This document shows, in pieces, positions 1-9,126 of a stretch of DNA of 63,550 nucleotides; positions within the stretch are counted from its first letter, which is position 1; the number at the start of each line of letters is the position of its first letter. The notes below the pieces were generated by a model. It did not search any database, was not told the origin of the DNA, and was given only the letters and a program-made list of their open reading frames with translations. Source of the stretch: an uncultured Gemmatimonadota bacterium (lineage in GTDB: Bacteria > Blakebacterota > Blakebacteria > Blakebacterales > Blakebacteraceae). The stretch spans positions 1-63,550 of the forward strand of contig CAZNUA010000019.1 of the NCBI GenBank assembly GCA_964576115.1, given 5' to 3'. The position numbers were made by a program, and so were the translations under genes.

Positions 1-842
1 TCGGCGGTGGCTTCGATATCCTCTTCGCTCGGCACCCCGACCCAGACCAGGCTGGCCCTGCGACACTTCGAGGTGATGGCGTCGAAATCTTCGCACGTCT
101 CGTAATCGTCGTAGCAGATGCTGGAGAGGTTGTTGTCCATCTGCATCAGATCGGATTCGCGGGTGCAGGCCATACAGCCGAGACAGCCGACGGTGCAGAC
201 CTTCGAGACGTCCTTGCCCATGTCGTGGTTCGAACAGGCCACCACCAGCATCTCGGAACGCTTGAAGGGCACCATGGTGATGATGTTGCGCGGGCAGGCC
301 AGCGAACACGCCTTGCAGCCCACGCAGGCTTCATAGTCAACGGTCGAGAGGCCGTCTACGACATGGATGGCGTCGTAGTCGCAGGCCCGCTCGCAGTCGC
401 CCAGACCGAGACAGCCGTAGGTGCAGCCCTGGTAGCCGGCCACCAGGTTGGCCGCCGTGCAGGTCATCTCGCCGGTATAGTCCATCTTCTCGAGTCGATC
501 GTCCCAGTGAGCGGCACAGTGCACCACCGCCTTGTAGGGCCAGGTCTCGGTGATCTGAACCCCGATGATCTCGGCGATCTTCTGCGCGCAGGCCGCTCCC
601 CCCGGACCGCAGAGGTCTACCTCGGGCTCTTCGCCCGAAGCCACCGCCTCGGCATAGGCCCCGCACCCCACGTAACCGCAGCCCCCGCAGTTGGCGCCGG
701 GAAGGGCGGCCTGGATCGCCTCGACCTTCGGATCGACCTCGACGTGGAAAACGCGGTTGGCCCAGCCCAGAACCCAGCCCATACCGACCGCCAGCAGAGC
801 CAGGATCACAGCGGCCAGAATCAGTGTGACAGTGGTGACCAC
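1..842 (-). CDS. rnfB: Rnf complex subunit B (ferredoxin-like Fe-S protein), 3' end truncated by the window edge
   Basis: Not in the ORF track because it runs off the edge. Manual translation from GTG at 842 gives an N-terminal TM followed by 'FHVEVDPKVEAIQAALPGANCGGCGYVGC...YAEAV', 'CTYGCLGLGDCERAC' and 'CVGCKACSLACP'. Lies directly downstream of rnfA. Confidence 0.93.
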   Translation of the reverse strand, partial: MVTTVTLILAAVILALLAVGMGWVLGWANRVFHVEVDPKVEAIQAALPGANCGGCGYVGCGAYAEAVASGEEPEVDLCGPGGAACAQKIAEIIGVQITETWPYKAVVHCAAHWDDRLEKMDYTGEMTCTAANLVAGYQGCTYGCLGLGDCERACDYDAIHVVDGLSTVDYEACVGCKACSLACPRNIITMVPFKRSEMLVVACSNHDMGKDVSKVCTVGCLGCMACTRESDLMQMDNNLSSICYDDYETCEDFDAITSKCRRASLVWVGVPSEEDIEATA

Positions 843-855
843 GTTCGAATCCCCC

Positions 856-1554
856 CTACCTTCCGATGAGAGCGGCCAGGGCCTGCTCCACGCCCCGGTC
901 GACACCGGTGAAGCCCATGAACGCCATGGCCATGATACCGGCCACGATCAGCGCGATACCCGCCCCTTTGAGCGCGGCGGGCACGTCGGCCAGATCGAGT
1001 TCCTCGCGGATACCCGCCATGAGCGAGATGGCGATGGTGAAGCCGATCCCGCCGCCGATGGCGAGCGCGAGCGCCTCGTGCAGGCCCCAGAGCCGGGTGG
1101 GATCCTGCAGGTGTTTCATGATCTCGAGACAGGCGAAGAGGATGGCGCAGTTGGTCGTGATCAGAGGCAGAAACACCCCGAAGGACGTGTAGAGTTTCGG
1201 CTGGAACTTGCGCACGTACATCTCGACGAACTGGACCGAGGAGGCGATCACGAAGATGTACATGATGTAGCTGAGAACCGAGAGGTCCACGGTGGCTCCC
1301 TCGGCCCCGCCCATCACCTGCCAGACCCAGACCGGCAGGGGCGCTCCGGGCCGCAGGATATAGTACGTGAACGCCCAGCTCAGGATCGAGGCGATGGTGA
1401 TCACAAAGGTGACCGCCAGCCCCATGCCGAAGGCGGTCTCGATCTTGCGGGAGACGCCCAGGAAGGGGCAGATCCCCACGAAATAGTGCAGCACGAAGTT
1501 GTTGATCAGGGCCGCGCCGATGAAGATCAGGATGAGCGAGCTGACAGTTTCCAT
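856..1554 (-). CDS. rnfA: Rnf complex subunit A
   Basis: Motifs '[18 protein letters not shown]', '[12 protein letters not shown]', 'MAGIREEL'; operon context. Confidence 0.95.
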   Translation of the reverse strand: METVSSLILIFIGAALINNFVLHYFVGICPFLGVSRKIETAFGMGLAVTFVITIASILSWAFTYYILRPGAPLPVWVWQVMGGAEGATVDLSVLSYIMYIFVIASSVQFVEMYVRKFQPKLYTSFGVFLPLITTNCAILFACLEIMKHLQDPTRLWGLHEALALAIGGGIGFTIAISLMAGIREELDLADVPAALKGAGIALIVAGIMAMAFMGFTGVDRGVEQALAALIGR

Positions 1555-1564
1555 GCTATCCCCC

Positions 1565-2188
1565 CTAACCTGTCTGCGCCCGGCTCGAGCGGCGCTTGCC
1601 GAACCATTCGGCGCCGCCCAGCAGCAACCCCAGGGTCAGAAAGGCACCGGGAGGCAGGACCATTATGCCCCAGGCCGGCCAGCCGGTCCCGAGGACGTTG
1701 ATCCCGAACCAGGTGCCCGAGCCCAGGATCTCGCGTACGGTGGCGATACTGGCCAGGGCCAGCGCGAAGCCCAGGCTCATGCCCACGGCGTCGGCCACAG
1801 CCGTGCCCAGGCTCTGCTTCGAGGCGCAGATCTCGGCCCGCGAGATGATCAGGCAGTTGACGATGATGAGCGGCACGTAGGGCCCGAGCTGCTTGCTCAT
1901 GTCGTACATATAGGCGGCCAGGAACCGGTCGGCGATCGTCACGAAGGTCGCGATCGTCAGGGTGAAGACCAGGATGCGCAGATGCGGTTTCAAAAGGCCG
2001 CGGATGAGGCTGACGATGATGTTCGACATGATCAGCACGAACGCCGTCGCGCCGGCCATGGTGATGGCCGGTTTCATGCCGTTGGTCACGGCCAGGGTCG
2101 GACACATCCCGAGCAGCTGGCGATAGACCGGGTTCTCGGGCAGGATGCCGTTGAGGAACCGTTCGGCTGCGGTGGGTTGATCAGACAT
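1565..2188 (-). CDS. rnfE: Rnf complex subunit E
   Basis: Motifs '[18 protein letters not shown]', '[10 protein letters not shown]', 'VREILGSGT', 'LPPGAF'. Confidence 0.95.
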   Translation of the reverse strand: MSDQPTAAERFLNGILPENPVYRQLLGMCPTLAVTNGMKPAITMAGATAFVLIMSNIIVSLIRGLLKPHLRILVFTLTIATFVTIADRFLAAYMYDMSKQLGPYVPLIIVNCLIISRAEICASKQSLGTAVADAVGMSLGFALALASIATVREILGSGTWFGINVLGTGWPAWGIMVLPPGAFLTLGLLLGGAEWFGKRRSSRAQTG

Positions 2189-2190
2189 CG

Positions 2191-2817
2191 TTACTCCGGT
2201 GCATGTGAACCGCTGTGGGTGGCGAGTACGTCACGCAGGTTGGCGACCGCGGTATTGACGATGGTGGTCACGCTCTCCGAAGATATGGTGGCGCCGGTCA
2301 GGGCCAGAATCTGGTTCGCCTCGACCGGCTCGGTCTTGACCACTTCGAGCGGCGGCTGAGCCGGACGTCCGGCAAAGCGGGACTGGAAATCTTCGCCCCG
2401 GATGAAATCGCCCAGACCGGGGGTTTCCTTCTGGGCCAGGACGTACATGCCGGTAATGGTCTCCAGCCCGGCGTCCTGGCCGATCAGGACCTCGATCACG
2501 TCCGCAAAACCCTGTCCCCGGGCCGGGAGGACCCAGCCGAGGTGCTCGCCGGTGACCGAGAAAGCCTTGTAGACCCGCACGTCGCGGCCGTCGGCGCCCT
2601 CGACGACGAGTTCCTCGGTCCGGTCGGTCGCGGCTCCGGGAACCAGGGTCGGGATCACACTGTAGGTCTCGTTCCGCTTGTTCTCGGCGATCTTCGGTCC
2701 CAGGGTGGTCTGCACGAAGGCCAGGGCGCCTCCGAAACAGAAGGCCAGCACGATCACCAGCCACGCCTGGCCGATGTAGCTCTTCTTCTCCGGCATGTTC
2801 TCAGGAATGTCACTCAT
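2191..2817 (-). CDS. rnfG: Rnf complex subunit G (FMN-binding)
   Basis: N-terminal TM, 'ETPGLG', covalent FMN motif 'TGATISS'. Confidence 0.93.
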   Translation of the reverse strand: MSDIPENMPEKKSYIGQAWLVIVLAFCFGGALAFVQTTLGPKIAENKRNETYSVIPTLVPGAATDRTEELVVEGADGRDVRVYKAFSVTGEHLGWVLPARGQGFADVIEVLIGQDAGLETITGMYVLAQKETPGLGDFIRGEDFQSRFAGRPAQPPLEVVKTEPVEANQILALTGATISSESVTTIVNTAVANLRDVLATHSGSHAPE

Positions 2818-2821
2818 TGCG

Positions 2822-3865
2822 TTACGCTTTCTCGGGCACCGGGCCGCCGACCGGCCGCGGGATCGTCCACTGGTTGATGAGCGGAACCGACGCGTTCATC
2901 AGCAGAACAGCGAACATGACTCCCTCGGGGTAGCCGCTGAAGACGCGGATGAGCACGACGAAGAAGCCGATGCCGATCCCGAACCAGATCTTGCCCTTGG
3001 GCGAAAGGGGGCTGGAAACGGGATCGGTGGCGATGAAGAAAGCGCCGAAGAGAAGCGCCCCGGTGAAGAGGTGGTGCAGAACGGTCAGCTCGGTCAGACC
3101 GATCAGATTGGCCAGACCGCTGAAGACGATGACCGAGCCCACCACGCTGGCCGGGATCTCCCACGACGCCGAACGCCGCCAGCAGAGGTAGAGCCCCCCC
3201 ACCAGACAGGCCAGGGCGCTGGTCTCACCGAGCGAGCCGTTGTGGGAGCCCACGAAAAGGGGCCAGAGAGCGGGGAGTTGGGTCAGTTCCCCGGCCGCTT
3301 CCTTGGCCGCGGTCAGCGGTGTGGCCTGGCTGACGGCCTGAACCGCCGCTCCTGCCTGCACGTAGGCCCCCGCTCCCAGCTCGCGGGCGAAGCTGAGCAT
3401 GACGAAAGCCCGGCCGACCATGGCGGGATTGAAGATGTTGTTACCGAGTCCGCCGAAGACGGATTTGCCCAGTCCGATGGCGATCATCGAGCCGATGACG
3501 GGGATGTACCACGGTGCGCTCCAGGGAATGGAGAGGCCGAGAATCACCCCGGTCACGACAGCCGAGAGGTCGGCGATCGGATTGGGCTGGCCCCGCATGC
3601 GGGTAAAGAGCGACTCGGCCACGAGCGCGGTCATGACGCAGAGGCCGACCTGGATGACGGTGTACCAGCCGAAAACCAGCAGTGAGGCCAGCAGCACCGG
3701 GACCAGGCCGATGATCACATCCCGCATCATCCCCCGGGTAGTGACCGAGGTGTCGGAAAGGTGCGGCGAGGGCGCGACGATGTTCCCGCGGATGATCTCG
3801 GCGGTCACCCCGTCGGTCTCTTCGGCGTCCTGTCCGGTCGGGTTCTGGTTGTCCTGTTCCGCCAT
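2822..3865 (-). CDS. rnfD: Rnf complex subunit D
   Basis: 'SPHL', 'KSVFGGLGNNIFNPAMVGRA', 'SQATPL', 'GSLGETS', 'FFIATDPVSSP', 'YPEGVMFAVLLMN'. Start moved to ATG 3865 to avoid overlapping rnfC. Confidence 0.95.
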   Translation of the reverse strand: MAEQDNQNPTGQDAEETDGVTAEIIRGNIVAPSPHLSDTSVTTRGMMRDVIIGLVPVLLASLLVFGWYTVIQVGLCVMTALVAESLFTRMRGQPNPIADLSAVVTGVILGLSIPWSAPWYIPVIGSMIAIGLGKSVFGGLGNNIFNPAMVGRAFVMLSFARELGAGAYVQAGAAVQAVSQATPLTAAKEAAGELTQLPALWPLFVGSHNGSLGETSALACLVGGLYLCWRRSASWEIPASVVGSVIVFSGLANLIGLTELTVLHHLFTGALLFGAFFIATDPVSSPLSPKGKIWFGIGIGFFVVLIRVFSGYPEGVMFAVLLMNASVPLINQWTIPRPVGGPVPEKA

Positions 3866-3897
3866 GCGATTCCGGTTCTCAGGGTTGCGAAGCGTCT

Positions 3898-5247
3898 CTA
3901 CGATTTGCTCAACATGATCTTGCCGACCCGTATGAGCTGGACGAGCGGGATACTGGCCGGACAGACATAGGCGCAGCAGCCGCACTCGACACAGGCCTGC
4001 AGGTGATAGCGGCGCGCGACCTCTTCGTTTCCGGCCCGGGCCGCCAGGGCGATCTTGGTCGGCACCAGATGCAGCGGGCAGGCATCGACGCAGCGTCCGC
4101 AGCGCACGCAGGTGGTCTCAGCCGCCCGGCGCACGTCGTCGCGGGTCAGCACCGTCACCCCGCTGGTACCCTTGGTGATCGGCGCTTCGAGGCTGCCGGC
4201 CGTGAAACCCATCATCGGTCCGCCGGCCACGACCCGGGCGGCGTCATCGGTCATGCCGCCGCAGTATTCGATCAGTTCACCGTAACTGGTGCCGATCGGA
4301 ACCAGCAGGTTCTTCGGTTCCCTGATCCCGGCCCCGGTGACGGTCACCACCCGGTGGGTCAGCGGCGAGCCGCGCAGGACGGCGCGCGCCACGGCCGCGA
4401 TCGTCCCGACATTGTGGACCACCACCCCGACGTGGAGCGGCAGCCCCAGGGTCGGAACCTCGCGGCCGACCAGCGCGGTCGAGAGCTGTCGTTCGGCTCC
4501 CTGCGGGTATTTGGTCTTCAGAGTCCGGACCTGGATGCCGGTGCCTTCGGCGGCCGCTTCGAGGGCCGCCACGGCCTGCGGCTTGTTGTCTTCGATGCCG
4601 ATGATGACCTCACGGGCACCGGTGGCGTGGCGGGCCAGCAGGGCCCCGGTGACGATGGCACCCGGTGCTTCGAGCATGATCCGGTAGTCGGCGGTGAGGT
4701 AGGGCTCGCACTCGCATCCGTTGATGAGCAGGTATTCGATCGGCGTTTCTTCGTTGCGCTGCAGTTTCACGTGCGAGGGGAAGGCGGCGCCTCCCAACCC
4801 GACGATCCCGGCCTCGAGGGCGGCTTTCGAGATCTCTTCAGGGGCAAAGCGCTCGAGGTCCCCGGTCGGCCACTCGCCGCCGAAGATGTCGTCGTACAGG
4901 GCCCGGCCCTCGAGCGACTGTTCCGCTGCGGCTTTGATGGGAATGACCCTGACGTGACGTCCGTTCGGCAGGGTGGCCTTTTTTTCTTTGGCGACCTTGC
5001 CGTCGATCGAAGCGTGAACGGGTGAAGAGATGAACCCGGTCGCCTCGCCGATCCGATCCCCCAGCTTGACCTCCTGCTTGTTTTCCACGACCGGCTCGCA
5101 TGGGGATCCCAGATGCTGCAACAGGGGGATGAGGACCTCGGCCGGGGTCGGGAAAACCTCGATCGGCATGGCCTCGGCGAGCTGCTTTTCTTCGGGGGGG
5201 TGAACCCCCCTGGCGAAGGTTGCCTTACCCTCGGTGGCTGTGCTCAC
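3898..5247 (-). CDS. rnfC: Rnf complex subunit C (NADH/FMN/Fe-S)
   Basis: 'GIVGLGGAAFPSHVK', 'INGCECEPYLTAD', 'GGPMMG', two ferredoxin motifs (CVRCGRCVDACP, CVECGCCAYVCP). Confidence 0.96.
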   Translation of the reverse strand: MSTATEGKATFARGVHPPEEKQLAEAMPIEVFPTPAEVLIPLLQHLGSPCEPVVENKQEVKLGDRIGEATGFISSPVHASIDGKVAKEKKATLPNGRHVRVIPIKAAAEQSLEGRALYDDIFGGEWPTGDLERFAPEEISKAALEAGIVGLGGAAFPSHVKLQRNEETPIEYLLINGCECEPYLTADYRIMLEAPGAIVTGALLARHATGAREVIIGIEDNKPQAVAALEAAAEGTGIQVRTLKTKYPQGAERQLSTALVGREVPTLGLPLHVGVVVHNVGTIAAVARAVLRGSPLTHRVVTVTGAGIREPKNLLVPIGTSYGELIEYCGGMTDDAARVVAGGPMMGFTAGSLEAPITKGTSGVTVLTRDDVRRAAETTCVRCGRCVDACPLHLVPTKIALAARAGNEEVARRYHLQACVECGCCAYVCPASIPLVQLIRVGKIMLSKS

Positions 5248-5393
5248 GGCAGGATGTTCCCTTGTCTGGATCGGTAGTGTGTTCAGCTCGAAAACATAGG
5301 TCTTCAGACGGGGCGGAACAAACGGATAATGAGGTCTGAAATACCGGTATTATGGTGCCCGATCGGATCTGTCGGAGGACGCCTCGAAACCCC

Positions 5394-6056
5394 TTACCAG
5401 GTCGGGATTTCATCCTCTTCGCGACCGGTCGCACTCGCCCCCTCTCCCAGTTCGGCGGCCTCGTCGGGCCCGGCTCCGGCGGTCTCGCCGGACCGTTTCG
5501 AGAACAGCGAACTCAAGATCCAGAAAGCAATCAGAATGATGAAATAGATGGTGCCCCCCGCCCCCTCGCCCTGCTCGGGAGCCACGATCTGCCAGACGAT
5601 GACGAAAACCGCAAAGAGGATGAGGAGCAGGGTCTTCACCAGCCCGCGGGACGGGCTCTGTCCGGTCGGTTGGGGACCGGCTGAGGATTCGGAACCCGCC
5701 GGGATCGCGGTCTCGGCGGTCCCGGCCCGGTCGGCAGCCGGGGCCGAGGCCTGCTGTTCCTCGAAAGCCTTCCGGAGTTCGGCGAAGAGACTCCCCGGCT
5801 GCGCTTCGGTCTCGACGGCTTCGGGGGACCGCAGCGTGGGAGCGGCACCCGTGGCAGCGGCGGTCGATGAGCCCGATTCCGTCGGGCTGGAGGTACTCCC
5901 GGTTTCGGCCCACGTTTCGATCTGCCGGCGCAGTTTCTCCCCGGTGAGCCAGAGCGGCAGGGGACTTTTTTCCGATTTTTCGAGCAGGCGGTGGCAGACG
6001 GTGCAGTAGCTGGTGTTGTCGTGGAGTTTGCTACCGCAATAGGAACACCAGGGCAT
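5394..6056 (-). CDS. Zinc-ribbon domain membrane protein, hypothetical
   Basis: N-terminal CxxC-x10-CxxC (CSYC...CTVC), Ala/Ser/Glu-rich linker, two C-terminal hydrophobic helices; GGAGG RBS upstream. Confidence 0.7.
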   Translation of the reverse strand: MPWCSYCGSKLHDNTSYCTVCHRLLEKSEKSPLPLWLTGEKLRRQIETWAETGSTSSPTESGSSTAAATGAAPTLRSPEAVETEAQPGSLFAELRKAFEEQQASAPAADRAGTAETAIPAGSESSAGPQPTGQSPSRGLVKTLLLILFAVFVIVWQIVAPEQGEGAGGTIYFIILIAFWILSSLFSKRSGETAGAGPDEAAELGEGASATGREEDEIPTW

Positions 6057-6175
6057 GCCTTCCTCCCTCGCTCGAACCGCGACCCGAACGGCGACCGCCT
6101 CACCTTCGAGTCTGCACCTTTCCGGTCAATGGTGCAAGCCCGGCCCGTCATGTCATCCGACGCCGGGAAATCGGA

Positions 6176-7396
6176 TCAGGGATAGATGAGTCCCTCCACG
6201 GCCGGGACGATGCGGTAGACGGTCGGCAGCCGTTCTTCTGTTTCCTCGTCGGTGACGAAGGTCAGATAGTGACCGTGACTCACACGGCCGGATGAGGCCG
6301 GCAGGTAACACTGCCCCAGATACTCCCCCTCGGGACTCACGACCAGACAGGTTGTCCCCAGACCCCGCTCCCGAGCGTCGAAATCATGGTACCGGACCAG
6401 CCAGTGCCAGCCCGCTTCATCGACCTGCGAGTCGTTCCAGAACGCCTTGTTCTCGGGCAAGGTCAGATCGAGACGGCTCTCCCTGATGTGGGGTGGAGCA
6501 CCGACGAGCCGCTCTTCCTCCAGGGCCCGGACATTGGCTTCATCCTGCCGGGTGACCGGCCGGACCGGCAATTCCAGGCGGATCCGCCGGAGGAGCCGGC
6601 CGCTGAAATCGTACCAGGCGATGACCGGCTCATCGCCGTTGCAGAGCATGCAACCCAGCCCCGGCCGGACGCAGACCTGGGGCTGGGGAGCATAGTACAT
6701 GGCCGCACTGCGCCGACCTCCATCCTTGATGGCAATGGAAATCCCGTGGGGAGTCTCGATCGCGGCGATTTCGTCGCGGTCGCTGTTCAGGATCGACACC
6801 CGCTCCCAGACCGAGGCGAACTCATCGCCCCGCTCCTCCATCCTCAGCACCTGGAGGAGGGTTCCGTCATCGGGCCCGAAATACAGGCCCGAGAACATGA
6901 CCGGTCGCCGCGGAAGCGAGGTCATATCGATCAGGGTGCCGTCGGTACGAAAACGGGTTACCCGCCAGCCCCGGGGATCGCAGAGATGGATCACATCGCC
7001 CTGCAGGTACTGGAGCTCCAGGCTCTGGAACTCACCCGGCCCGCCGCCCTCCCGGCCGAAAGACCGCAGGTAGCGACCCGCGGGATCGAAGACGGCCACC
7101 CGGCCGTTGCCTGTATCTGCGACATAGAAATACCCGGCCTCGTCACGGATGAACTCGCCCGGCCGGAAGAGAAGGGACTCCTCGTTCTCTGGATCGGAAG
7201 ACAGGGTGAGTACTTTCTCGAAGGTGAACAGGGGCGCTTCGAACTTCGCGCCGCCGGTTGTCAGGGCGGTCGGCACCCCCGCTTCCTCGATGATCGAGAA
7301 CTCATACCGCGGATTCTGCTGCGCGTCGGCGCTCGAGACAGCAAAACCGAGACCGATGACAATCAGCAGGACGTACTTCACGCGGCTTTCTGACAT
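6176..7396 (-). CDS. Secreted 6-bladed beta-propeller (NHL-repeat-like) protein
   Basis: Signal peptide; NHL-like 'GYFYVADTGNGRVAVFDPAGRYLRSFGREGGGPGEF'; paralog of 55817-57094. Confidence 0.85.
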   Translation of the reverse strand: MSESRVKYVLLIVIGLGFAVSSADAQQNPRYEFSIIEEAGVPTALTTGGAKFEAPLFTFEKVLTLSSDPENEESLLFRPGEFIRDEAGYFYVADTGNGRVAVFDPAGRYLRSFGREGGGPGEFQSLELQYLQGDVIHLCDPRGWRVTRFRTDGTLIDMTSLPRRPVMFSGLYFGPDDGTLLQVLRMEERGDEFASVWERVSILNSDRDEIAAIETPHGISIAIKDGGRRSAAMYYAPQPQVCVRPGLGCMLCNGDEPVIAWYDFSGRLLRRIRLELPVRPVTRQDEANVRALEEERLVGAPPHIRESRLDLTLPENKAFWNDSQVDEAGWHWLVRYHDFDARERGLGTTCLVVSPEGEYLGQCYLPASSGRVSHGHYLTFVTDEETEERLPTVYRIVPAVEGLIYP

Positions 7397-7541
7397 CGTT
7401 CTATCTCCAGAATCGGGGGCGGTTGTCGCGATAACGATCCGGAATATGCAACTCCCACCATATCACTTTTCACACCCCCCTGAAAACCAGATGTCTGAGC
7501 CCCGCCTTTCGGAAAGGAACCGGATACGATAGGCTGTTTTC

Positions 7542-8453
7542 ATGGATCAATCCCCTCAGGAATCCGGACGCGACCGATATCCATTCCCCTGGTGGGGCTG
7601 GCTCGGTCTGGCGATCATGGCGGCGGGGGGACTGGGGGCCCTGCTGACCGACTGGCGGCCGCTCGAGTTCTATTTCACCCCCTGGATGTGGAGCGGCTAT
7701 CTGCTGTCCGTCGACGCCCTGGTCCGGCGGCTGCGGGGGACCTCGTGGCTCTCCCCTCACCCCGGCCGGTTCCTGCTCCTGCTCCCGCTGAGTCTGGCAC
7801 TCTGGCTCATTTTCGAAGCCTATAACCTGCACCTGCAGAACTGGGCCTATGTCGGCCTGCCCGATTCGCTGCCGCTGCGGCTGCTGGGCTATGGCTGGTC
7901 GTTCGTCACCATCTGGCCGGCCCTCTTTCTGACCGCCGACCTGCTCGAAGCCTTCGGTCTCAGAGTGACCGGCTCGCCACTCATCATGACCCCCCGCCGG
8001 TTGCGCCTCTGGACTCTGGCCGGCGCGCTGATGGCCGCCGTACCCCTGCTGCTGCCCGCCCGGATCGCAGCCTACACCTTCGCCATCGTCTGGGTGGCTT
8101 TCGTCCCCCTGATCGAGCCCTTTCTTCTCGATCGAGCACCGGTCGACACCCTGCTCGCCCGGGCCCGGCGCGGGGAGTGGACCCGCTGGGTCAGCCTGGG
8201 GACGGGGGGACTGCTCTGCGGCCTGATCTGGGAGAGCTGGAACATGGTCGCAGAGGCGCGCTGGATCTACATCTTCCCGATGTTCCAGAACTGGAAGATC
8301 TTCGAGATGCCCGCCCCCGGCTTTCTGGGTTTCATCCCCTTCGCCTGGGAGGCGGCCTCTCTCTATGCTCTCTCGCTCGCCATCCTGGTCCGGATTCACC
8401 CCCGGCTGCGCTCGACGGCCCTCCTGCCGCTTGCCGGCCCGGCCGGGGAGTGA
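7542..8453 (+). CDS. Multi-pass integral membrane protein, hypothetical
   Basis: 303-aa Trp-rich hydrophobic ORF with two similar halves (WLIFEAYN..NWAY / LIWESWN..RWIY). Confidence 0.75.
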   Translation: MDQSPQESGRDRYPFPWWGWLGLAIMAAGGLGALLTDWRPLEFYFTPWMWSGYLLSVDALVRRLRGTSWLSPHPGRFLLLLPLSLALWLIFEAYNLHLQNWAYVGLPDSLPLRLLGYGWSFVTIWPALFLTADLLEAFGLRVTGSPLIMTPRRLRLWTLAGALMAAVPLLLPARIAAYTFAIVWVAFVPLIEPFLLDRAPVDTLLARARRGEWTRWVSLGTGGLLCGLIWESWNMVAEARWIYIFPMFQNWKIFEMPAPGFLGFIPFAWEAASLYALSLAILVRIHPRLRSTALLPLAGPAGE

Positions 8454-8471
8454 ACCGCGGGCGGCGGGACG

Positions 8472-9020
8472 TCAGAGACTGCGCAGGGCGACGAGGATAT
8501 TGCCTTCCAGCAACTGCTGGTTGTAGCGGTTCACCGTCCCGACCATGAGCAGAACCCGGTTGTTGCGGGCCACGATCGCATTCTTCGGCAGATCGTCGAC
8601 GCCGTACTGCTCGAAACTCTGGCGGTCTTCGAGCATGACCACCGGCCACTCATAGCCACCTTCGGCGAAGATCGCGCCGACATCGGTCGTATCCCCCTCG
8701 GCGGGAAAACAGACCGTGATGACCTTCAGGCCCGCCTCGGCGTGCCGCTCCACGATCGGTTTGATCAGAGCCAGCTGATCGGTGTCGTGCTTTTCGGCCG
8801 GATCCAGAAACATGATCAGAAGGGCCGAGCCCTCCTGTTCGCGCAAGGCGATTTCCTCCCCCGCGGTGGTCTGCCAGGTCAGATCGGGCAGACGGTTGCC
8901 GGCCAGAAACGAACCTTCGCCCTGCTGGACCGTCGGCGGGTAGCCGGCGGAAACAAGCAGTATGCCGCCGAGGGTGAGGGGAAGAAGTATCCGTGTGGTG
9001 AGAGTGCAGAAGGAGCTCAT
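8472..9020 (-). CDS. Exported redoxin/TlpA-like thioredoxin-fold protein lacking CxxC
   Basis: ATG 9020 preceded by AAAGGAGG; signal/TM; 'LPDLTWQTTAGEEIALREQEGSALLIMF', 'GLKVITV', 'YGVDDLPKNAIVARNNRV' follow the AhpC-TSA/TlpA pattern. Confidence 0.7.
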   Translation of the reverse strand: MSSFCTLTTRILLPLTLGGILLVSAGYPPTVQQGEGSFLAGNRLPDLTWQTTAGEEIALREQEGSALLIMFLDPAEKHDTDQLALIKPIVERHAEAGLKVITVCFPAEGDTTDVGAIFAEGGYEWPVVMLEDRQSFEQYGVDDLPKNAIVARNNRVLLMVGTVNRYNQQLLEGNILVALRSL

Positions 9021-9126
9021 CAGCAACCTCCTTTCGATGTGATCTGACTCCCTGCCGGATCTGCTCCGCAGTCCCTGTGTATCAGGCGTTTCAGGTCCAC
9101 GTTCATTCGGTGCTATCCGACCCCTT

